The translations under genes were made by a program, and so were the position numbers. Positions 25,797 through 32,000 of a stretch of 32,000 bases of DNA are shown here, piece by piece. The number at the start of each line of letters is the position of its first letter. Positions within the stretch are counted from its first letter, which is position 1. The notes below the pieces were generated by a model that was not told the DNA's origin, searched no databases, and worked only from the letters and a program-made list of their open reading frames with translations. The DNA lies in assembly GCF_000237865.1 (NCBI RefSeq), contig NC_017459.1, positions 2,160,001-2,192,000 of the forward strand, given 5' to 3'. The stretch is from Haloquadratum walsbyi C23. GTDB taxonomy: Archaea > Halobacteriota > Halobacteria > Halobacteriales > Haloferacaceae.

Positions 25797-27044
25797 TTAT
25801 CTGTATAGTGGATATTCGTCGGTCAACGTATCGACGCGGTCGCTGACAGCAGCAATCGCCTCATCGTCGGTCGGGTCATCGATAAGTTCAATCATCAACT
25901 CACCAACTTCACGAACTGTCGATTCGGTGAATCCTCTTGTGGTGAGCGCCGGGGTTCCAACACGGATCCCACTTGGATTAAACGCCGATCGTGTCTCACC
26001 GGGGACTGTATTCGCATTCATAATAATACCAGCTGATTCAAGTGCTGCTTCGACTTCCTTTCCAGTTGTTTCGGGATGCGATGGTCGAAGGTCGACAAGA
26101 ACAAGATGATTATCAGTACCGCCAGAAACAACAGAGAGCCCAGCATCGGTGAGTGTATTTGCAAGTTCTTCTGCGTTCTTTACGGTCTGTTCAGCATACG
26201 CCTCAAACTCATCAGAAAGTGCCTCTTTGAAACCAACTGCCTTGCCAGCGACATTATGCATGAGCGGTCCGCCTTGTGCGCCCGGGAATACCGAATTATC
26301 GATATCATCTGCGTGCTCCTCATTGCACATAATGATACCCCCGCGTCCTGCGCGAATTGTTTTATGTGTTGATCCAGTCACGAAGTCTGCAACGCCGACA
26401 GGAGAGGTGTGAACGCCAGCCGCAACTAATCCAGTGATATGAGCAATGTCAGCAAGATGGTATGCGTCAGCCAAGTCTGCAGCCTCTTGAATTCGCTCAA
26501 ATTCGACTTCTCGCGGGTACGCGGAGTATCCAGAGACAATAATGTCAGGATTGAACTCATCAGCTTTTGTTTTGAGTCCCTCATAGTCGATATATCCCGT
26601 CTCGGGGTCAACCTCATACTGCTCAACGGTATATGTTTGTCCGGTGAAATTCGCTGGATGACCATGACTTAGATGTCCGCCGTGGGTGAGATCTAATGAA
26701 AGTATCTTATCGCCCGGGTCAAGTGCAGTGAGATATACAGCCATGTTGGCCTGGGTTCCAGAGTGTGGTTGAACATTAACATGCTCAGCACCCCACAGTT
26801 CTTCTGCACGCTCAATAGCGAGTGACTCAATCTCATCAGCATACTCACAGCCAGCGTAATATCGCTCACCGGGATATCCCTCAGCGTACTTATTTGTCAG
26901 TGCGCTTCCTTGTGCTTCAAGTACGGCTTCACTGACGTGATTTTCACTTGCAATCATCGCAAGTGTATCCTCTTGACGCTGGCGTTCACTCGAAAGCGCA
27001 TCAGCAGCGTCCGGGTCGACGTCGCGGATGTGACTACGTTCCAT
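25797..27044 (-). CDS. glyA: Serine hydroxymethyltransferase
   Basis: LIASENHVS, NKYAEGYPGERYY, VNVQPHSGTQAN, LSHGH, GSTHKTIRAGRGG and SGIRVGTPALTTRG motifs. The ATG at 27044 has an AT-rich box about 26 nt upstream. Confidence 0.96.
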   Translation of the reverse strand: MERSHIRDVDPDAADALSSERQRQEDTLAMIASENHVSEAVLEAQGSALTNKYAEGYPGERYYAGCEYADEIESLAIERAEELWGAEHVNVQPHSGTQANMAVYLTALDPGDKILSLDLTHGGHLSHGHPANFTGQTYTVEQYEVDPETGYIDYEGLKTKADEFNPDIIVSGYSAYPREVEFERIQEAADLADAYHLADIAHITGLVAAGVHTSPVGVADFVTGSTHKTIRAGRGGIIMCNEEHADDIDNSVFPGAQGGPLMHNVAGKAVGFKEALSDEFEAYAEQTVKNAEELANTLTDAGLSVVSGGTDNHLVLVDLRPSHPETTGKEVEAALESAGIIMNANTVPGETRSAFNPSGIRVGTPALTTRGFTESTVREVGELMIELIDDPTDDEAIAAVSDRVDTLTDEYPLYR

Positions 27045-27429
27045 ACACAATATCGGGGACGTTACTCAAATAAGTGTGTCCACTCCCCCTGATTTTACCT
27101 ATTTGTCCTGGCTCATTGTATTGGTTATTTAACATATAAATTTGATAGAATGATGCGTTATGAATATAAAAAAATTCATGTGTTGATAATATCTATTTTG
27201 TGATATATACATCTCAATCCATGTCACATCGAGCAGCAATCATCTCACTGGAGGAGTCATCAACAAATTAAGTGGAATGAGTGCTTTGAAGCTTGGACAC
27301 GACTCAATATTCAAAAATATGAAAACGCTTTAGCGGGTGTTTTGACCGTAGTAAGTGGATATCATAGAAGTATTCTGCATAATTTAGCTTGTAATAAATT
27401 TCAAGACGTTGTAGTACGCTACATTGGCT

Positions 27430-28254
27430 ATGAGTCTTGATGCGAATGTGCTTGGCACAGATATGGGGCATGTTCTTTCATCTGTGCTTTCAGAAGTGAC
27501 TGGCGCAGTATATGTAGTCAATCCAACTCAAGACCTCACTAAGGCACTTGTCACAGATTGCTCAGATACACTCACCAATGATACGAGTGTCCGATTATTA
27601 TCTGATGAACAGCGGTTAAAAGAGGTGATGGATAATTTTATTGTTGCGAGCAACGCAGCCGAGCTTGTTGACTCAAATGTACTTACACTCCGGGTAAGTG
27701 ACGTTTCAGAGCCGAATTCATTAATTGTTACAACGAGTGCAACAGTCACGATGATTCAGACGAATAATCAAGTTGCTGGGCTGATTGCTGATGAGATTGA
27801 ATTTGTCACAAGCGTGCGAGATTCATATGAGCAGGCATTTGAATCAGCAACATCATATCCGCTCCAGACGCCAGCAATTTCATCTGTCCGGTCGACACTT
27901 GCAAGTGAAATCGGTGATGAAACACGCTCAGACTTTGATTCGGTACTAACAACACTACAGACCGCTCGTGATGATAGGAGTGCACTCAATGAGGTGATAA
28001 TTAGCCTGCTAGTCGCTGCAAAGAATAACGTTCTTCTCTATGACATCTCAAAGTGGGGCGAAGATGTTGGAATTGCGAGTAAGGCAACATTCTCGCGAAC
28101 AAAAACCGAACTTGAGGAATCAGGTCTGATTGATACCGAAAAAGTCCCAATTGACGTTGGTCGACCGCGGCTTCGTTTGAAACTTGGTCATAATCAACTC
28201 GTACGTGCCAGTTCCGATCAGCTCGCTGGCGTCGCAGAAAGTCTACTTGCATAA
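27430..28254 (+). CDS. Conserved haloarchaeal protein with a C-terminal winged-helix (TrmB/TbsP-like transcription regulator candidate)
   Basis: The C-terminus is LLYDISKWGEDVGIASKATFSRTKTELEESGLIDTEKVPIDVGRPRLRL, a wHTH with a TrmB-like wing. The TbsP assignment comes from memory and is unverified. ATG at 27430 (TTG at 27424 in the track). Confidence 0.75.
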   Translation: MSLDANVLGTDMGHVLSSVLSEVTGAVYVVNPTQDLTKALVTDCSDTLTNDTSVRLLSDEQRLKEVMDNFIVASNAAELVDSNVLTLRVSDVSEPNSLIVTTSATVTMIQTNNQVAGLIADEIEFVTSVRDSYEQAFESATSYPLQTPAISSVRSTLASEIGDETRSDFDSVLTTLQTARDDRSALNEVIISLLVAAKNNVLLYDISKWGEDVGIASKATFSRTKTELEESGLIDTEKVPIDVGRPRLRLKLGHNQLVRASSDQLAGVAESLLA

Positions 28255-28377
28255 GACGAATTAGCACAACTCGGGCGATCTGTGGAGTCCTATTTATTAG
28301 CATATAGCTCATCAGCGATTGTAGGAGCCGATTATATATTCGTGTATGTTTTTATGAGTGACTGATGAATCAAAGCC

Positions 28378-30171
28378 GTGAGCTATGCACTCGCGATCAC
28401 TGGACCAGGACCGTCTGCTGCTATTGATGCTGCAAAACAGGTAATGACATCCACTAACACGGGTTTAGACTCCGATCCATGTTATTCGAGCTCGAAATCA
28501 GAGCCTACATTCATTCATACCGAATCACCGGCAGATGCGGATGCGACTGTCGTGGTAACAACAGTTGAGCAGACAGGTGAGGATGGAACCACGGTAATTC
28601 CAGGAGCGCTCAGTGCCGACTCAGCCATGGTTTTTATCGAATTTGGTGGGATGGGCGGATGCCCTATCGACGACATTGATGCGGCGATCACCACGCTTCC
28701 TGCAAAGGGTCCCACGTTTGAAACACTGCAGACGCGTGTTATGACAACAACATCACCAGGTGATGCAGGATTTGCAGACCGGACCACCATCACAGCAGGT
28801 GTACTCGCTGGGCAACGAGCCGTCGGGATGTGTACTGCATCTGCTGTTGATATCTCCGGAACTGTGCTTGAAATTTCGGGGACAAAAATCGGACCTGAGC
28901 GGGATCTCATAGGAACTCCGGACATGTACGGTCACGATGGCGATATGAGTGAGCGGTTCACCCCTGAGCAAACAGCGCGCGATGTGAATCTTGATACATC
29001 TCTCTCTCATGCTGAACGAGCTGTTGATGATCGATTGGGAATTATCACACAAGTCGGTGAGCGTGAGTCATTTCCTGCCCCATATTACATTGCACAAATA
29101 GCATCAACGGAGTCATTTAGTGATACTCGTGCTGTAGAGTTTGCGGCTGGTGTTGACGCTGATTGGAATATTGCATATATGAAGGCACTTGGAGAGGCAC
29201 TTGAGCGATACTGTGCGGGAGTGTATCGAACTGAGAAGTTTATCAAAGCATCTGAAGACACACAGAGTGCAGCAGTCTCTCCCCGCCGATTTGTACAACC
29301 GGAGAGGACGCCGACATACGACCCAAGCAATCCAATACCGTGGGTCCCCGGAATTAACCTCGCAACTGATGAACACGTTGCACTTCCGGCGACGTTCGTC
29401 TATCATCCGCCACCACAGGAACGATATCGCCCAGCAATTACAACGGGGCTTGGGCTTGGGAACGGAGGCATTGAGGCTTTGTGCGCTGGAATCTCTGAAG
29501 TGATTGAGCGCGACGCAGCAATGCTTGCTTGGTATTCAACCTTTGAGCCGGTGAAGTTGACAGTCGATGATGAGAGCTACCGGACGCTCTGTCAGCGTGC
29601 TCGCGGAGTTGGACTTACTGTACAGACATTTTTACTTACACAAGATATCGATGTTCCTGTGATTGCAACTGCGGTGTACCGTGATGATGGTGAGTGGCCA
29701 CAGTTCGCTATCGGATCAGATGCAGGTCTTGACCCGGTTGCAACCGCACAGGGTTCGCTTGCAGAGGCATTGCAAAACTGGATGGAGTTGCGAGCAATGG
29801 GGAAGGATGGTGTGACGGATACTGATGGGGCGATTGACGAGTATGCAACGTTCCCAGGTCGCGTACAGAAATTTATTATGACTGAAACTACGGTTGCAGC
29901 CAAGGATATCGCACCGTCACCTATCCCAACTGGGGCGGATGCGCTTGATTCACTTATCAAGCATGTAACTGAAGCTGATCTTGATGTGTATGCGACGCGC
30001 ATAACAACACCCGATGTATCAACGCTTGGGTTTGAAGCTGTGAGAGTCCTTATTCCGGGCGCACAACCGCTATTCCAACAACACAGTTTCTTCGGTGAGC
30101 GAGCAAAACGTGTCCCGCGCGAGTTTGGATTTGACGCCAAACTTGATCGACCGTTCCACCCATTCCCGTAA
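28378..30171 (+). CDS. YcaO-domain protein with a ~200-aa N-terminal extension
   Basis: The YcaO hallmarks are readable: AYMKALGEALERYCAGVY, GLGLGNGGIEALCAGISEVIERDAAMLAW and a Pro-rich C-terminus RPFHPFP. The GTG start has TTTTTATG about 26 nt upstream, consistent with a leaderless transcript. Confidence 0.9.
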   Translation: MSYALAITGPGPSAAIDAAKQVMTSTNTGLDSDPCYSSSKSEPTFIHTESPADADATVVVTTVEQTGEDGTTVIPGALSADSAMVFIEFGGMGGCPIDDIDAAITTLPAKGPTFETLQTRVMTTTSPGDAGFADRTTITAGVLAGQRAVGMCTASAVDISGTVLEISGTKIGPERDLIGTPDMYGHDGDMSERFTPEQTARDVNLDTSLSHAERAVDDRLGIITQVGERESFPAPYYIAQIASTESFSDTRAVEFAAGVDADWNIAYMKALGEALERYCAGVYRTEKFIKASEDTQSAAVSPRRFVQPERTPTYDPSNPIPWVPGINLATDEHVALPATFVYHPPPQERYRPAITTGLGLGNGGIEALCAGISEVIERDAAMLAWYSTFEPVKLTVDDESYRTLCQRARGVGLTVQTFLLTQDIDVPVIATAVYRDDGEWPQFAIGSDAGLDPVATAQGSLAEALQNWMELRAMGKDGVTDTDGAIDEYATFPGRVQKFIMTETTVAAKDIAPSPIPTGADALDSLIKHVTEADLDVYATRITTPDVSTLGFEAVRVLIPGAQPLFQQHSFFGERAKRVPREFGFDAKLDRPFHPFP

Positions 30172-30172
30172 C

Positions 30173-30195
30173 AACTGAACGTCTCAGTTTTTTTT
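30173..30195 (+). terminator. Hairpin plus T8 tract downstream of the YcaO gene
   Basis: AACTGA-ACGTC-TCAGTT is followed by and merges into TTTTTTTT (30188-30195), starting 2 nt after the stop codon. Confidence 0.5.
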
Positions 30196-30200
30196 ATATT

Positions 30201-30218
30201 ACAATTACAATCACAATC
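30201..30218. repeat. Tandem hexamer ACAATT ACAATC ACAATC
   Basis: Read directly from the sequence, in the spacer between the convergent YcaO and DUF63-like genes. Confidence 0.8.
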
Positions 30219-30270
30219 ATAGGGTTATGAGATCTATTCCTATACCACATAAGTATAGATCAAAAATATG

Positions 30271-31410
30271 TCAGACCCCGAATGTCGCTCGAAGCATGTC
30301 ACGCGTGCCTGGTCCCAATCCAACTGCCAAAACCGCAATGAGAAGTAACATTGTGTAGCGAGGACTCTCCTCAAATATTTCTGGTTCGAATACCCAGATG
30401 ACAAATGTTGCTGCAAGGAGTTTTATCAGGAGAAACGGCCATGTATCACCGGTAATAGCCAGAACTGATGTCGGAAGCACCGATCCAGTAACGTCAACAA
30501 CAAACTGATTGACAGGATGTTTCGGCACGAGATTTGGTCCAGCACCAATTGCGCGCATCCAATCAAGCCCAATCACATTTGCGACCCCATCGACAGCATG
30601 TCCCCAAAGAATAACGAGTCCAACGAACTCTGTGCCACGATTAATTGACGGCATGAACGTTTTGATGACCCACCATGTGATTCCAGTTACAGCAGTTGCC
30701 CCAATGACTACGGTGAGAAGCACCTGCGGATAAAATTCAACACCAGGAGCTGAATTGATTACAAGTGAAATAAGATAGCCAAGAGCAAGCGCGAGTACTC
30801 CTGTTCCAGTGATGAATAAAAGCCGATCATATCGTTCAACGAGACCACGGCGTTCTGCCCAGACAGTGAATCCAACAGCAACAAGTGTGACTGCAAAGAC
30901 AGTGAAGTAGATGATTGGGCTGATGACAAGTGTATTGAGTGGATAACTGATGAGTGCGTCAGCAGACGGGACAGCGTCATTTGCGTCTTCAATGACTCTG
31001 AGTGCCCCACCAAAGAAGATGAATGGGGTAAGTGCATAGAATAGTTGTCGATCGGATCCAATCTTAAGTTGGCGAAGAAGAAACACCACCCCAATTAATG
31101 CAACAAGCAAGGTAATCATGTATCCAACTTCAGAAACGAGTGTATAGCCAGGATATGCAACAGGTTCAGTGGCGTTGGCACACGCCGTTGTACTCGTGAG
31201 GTATTGTACCGTTGAGCCAGGTCTAACTGCACATACCGCAGAGTTTGCATCCGCCTGAACCGGTCCCCAGAAATAATGCCAGAGAAAGCTATCATAAATC
31301 GTCTCTGGTGCGACAAGTGATCCAATAACAAGCACAGCGACTGTCGTCGATACAGTGCCAACCCACAGACGCTCTGGGGAAGTATCAAGACGAGCAGCGA
31401 CAGTAGACAT
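30271..31410 (-). CDS. Polytopic membrane protein, DUF63-like
   Basis: About 9 hydrophobic segments. [22 protein letters not shown] recalls the archaeal DUF63 family (from memory). The ATG at 31410 is preferred. A TTG at 31473 is possible. Confidence 0.75.
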   Translation of the reverse strand: MSTVAARLDTSPERLWVGTVSTTVAVLVIGSLVAPETIYDSFLWHYFWGPVQADANSAVCAVRPGSTVQYLTSTTACANATEPVAYPGYTLVSEVGYMITLLVALIGVVFLLRQLKIGSDRQLFYALTPFIFFGGALRVIEDANDAVPSADALISYPLNTLVISPIIYFTVFAVTLVAVGFTVWAERRGLVERYDRLLFITGTGVLALALGYLISLVINSAPGVEFYPQVLLTVVIGATAVTGITWWVIKTFMPSINRGTEFVGLVILWGHAVDGVANVIGLDWMRAIGAGPNLVPKHPVNQFVVDVTGSVLPTSVLAITGDTWPFLLIKLLAATFVIWVFEPEIFEESPRYTMLLLIAVLAVGLGPGTRDMLRATFGV

Positions 31411-31504
31411 ATGCGTATTGCCGGTGGCATCACTGTTGAGAATTCCGGTCCACTCTAACGAATACACTGACAACTCTATGACTCAGTTAATTATAGTTAT
31501 TTAC

Positions 31505-31527
31505 TGAAAATCAGAGGCTGAAGCCTC
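31505..31527 (-). terminator. Candidate terminator hairpin downstream of the IMPase-family gene
   Basis: On the minus strand, GAGGC-UUCA-GCCUC is followed by UGAUUUUC. Confidence 0.3.
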
Positions 31528-31640
31528 GCTCAACAATGCGAAGAGGAATTAATCTGATTGATAATTATTGACCATTGATCCTGAGTCACAGATGAATAGC
31601 TGGAACGACTAGCACAGTACGCCAGTGATATCGGGTTAAT

Positions 31641-32000
31641 TCATCTTTGGTCCGCGTCTGGGTGATCGATTGACTGTGCTGCTGAGAGAGCGTTCGAGTG
31701 TATCAATCCATTTGAGGCGATAAGCCCAATAGAGTCGTGTCGAAATGTGTCACCGTGGAGGTCCGTCACAGTACCACCAGCAGCACGAACCATTGCCACA
31801 CCCGCAAGTGTATCCCATGGTTTTGTCCGAAGATTTGTAATAACGGCATCAAGCGACCCATCAGCAACACTGGCAAGAGCAGCCTGCGCAGAGCCTATTC
31901 GGCGAAGATCACCAAAACGATCAACAATAGCCTGACATGCGTTGCCATATTGATTACGTGAATCGAAATCCCACCACATTGTTGGAGTAACAACGCCTGC
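31641..32000 (-). CDS. Inositol monophosphatase family protein (SuhB / FBPase-IMPase type), C-terminal part; 5' end outside the window
   Basis: The frame stays open to base 32000 (AGVVTPTMWWDFDSR...). LRRIGSAQAALASVADGSLDAV and KPWDTLAGVAMVRAAGGTVTDL match the IMPase C-terminal WD-x-AAG region. Confidence 0.85.
   Translation of the reverse strand, partial: AGVVTPTMWWDFDSRNQYGNACQAIVDRFGDLRRIGSAQAALASVADGSLDAVITNLRTKPWDTLAGVAMVRAAGGTVTDLHGDTFRHDSIGLIASNGLIHSNALSAAQSIDHPDADQR

Noticed and set aside
27362-27376. The 15-mer TCATAGAAGTATTCT resembles the IS left end (TCATAGAAGAGTTCT, 13/15), suggesting a solo IS end or MITE.
   Set aside because: No partner inverted repeat or direct repeat was found nearby. 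A match of this length in AT-rich DNA is only marginally unexpected.
25649-27429. THF or other one-carbon riboswitch upstream of folD or glyA.
   Set aside because: The leaders appear absent, with TATA-like boxes ~26 nt from the start codons. I could find no conserved structured element. The known THF riboswitches are bacterial.
28378-29010. Possibility that the YcaO N-terminal region is a fused TfuA domain.
   Set aside because: It shares only a vague hydrophobic-GP-x-S start with TfuA, and I could not find the rest of the TfuA pattern. It is kept as an open question in the findings rather than called.
1-32000. Scan for CRISPR arrays, rRNA genes, and recognisable toxin-antitoxin or defence modules.
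   Set aside because: I found no regularly spaced 25-40 bp repeats, no rRNA-like sequence, and no nuclease, ATPase or methylase defence-type genes. Only short 2-3 unit micro-repeats occur (20728-20748, 30201-30218, 23262-23281).

Overview
The window reads as haloarchaeal chromosome. The proteins are strongly acidic, and archaeal markers are present: GatD, a thermosome subunit, a Tat/lipobox lipoprotein and a tRNA with a bulge-helix-bulge intron. Coding GC is moderate and the intergenic spacers are long (about 150-370 bp) and very AT-rich. That combination is typical of Haloquadratum walsbyi, but this assignment is an inference I cannot confirm without a database search.

Content from start to end:
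- A partial GNAT acetyltransferase and gatD.
- An AT-rich accessory patch (1720-4427) with an orphan wHTH-like gene, a GC-rich frameshifted IS4/IS5-type insertion sequence with inverted repeats and an 8-bp flanking direct repeat, and an orphan 81-codon gene.
- An amide-utilisation locus: FmdA-type formamidase, a five-gene Urt/Fmd/Liv-type ABC importer and a universal stress protein. It is split by an opposite-strand divergent thermosome paralog.
- A tandem crcB (fluoride channel) pair, a membrane protein, an ArsR-type regulator, a DUF1405-like membrane protein, gpmI and a DedA/VTT membrane protein.
- Several small conserved acidic proteins, one of them (tandem PH-like) interrupted by a single in-frame TAA.
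- An intron-containing tRNA(CAU).
- An sppA operon, a HAD hydrolase, a zinc-ribbon protein and glyA-folD.
- A TrmB/TbsP-like wHTH protein, a stand-alone 597-aa YcaO protein, a DUF63-like membrane protein and a partial inositol-monophosphatase-family gene.

No rRNA, CRISPR array or recognisable defence system was seen.

The most interesting item is the orphan YcaO. It has no TfuA, E1-like partner or precursor peptide nearby, it carries a ~200-aa uncharacterised N-terminal region, and the host lineage lacks the only known archaeal YcaO substrate. Its target is unknown. Secondary items are the nonsense-interrupted gene, the structured tRNA intron, three GC-rich intergenic RNA-like structures and the thermosome paralog with an atypical His-rich tail.
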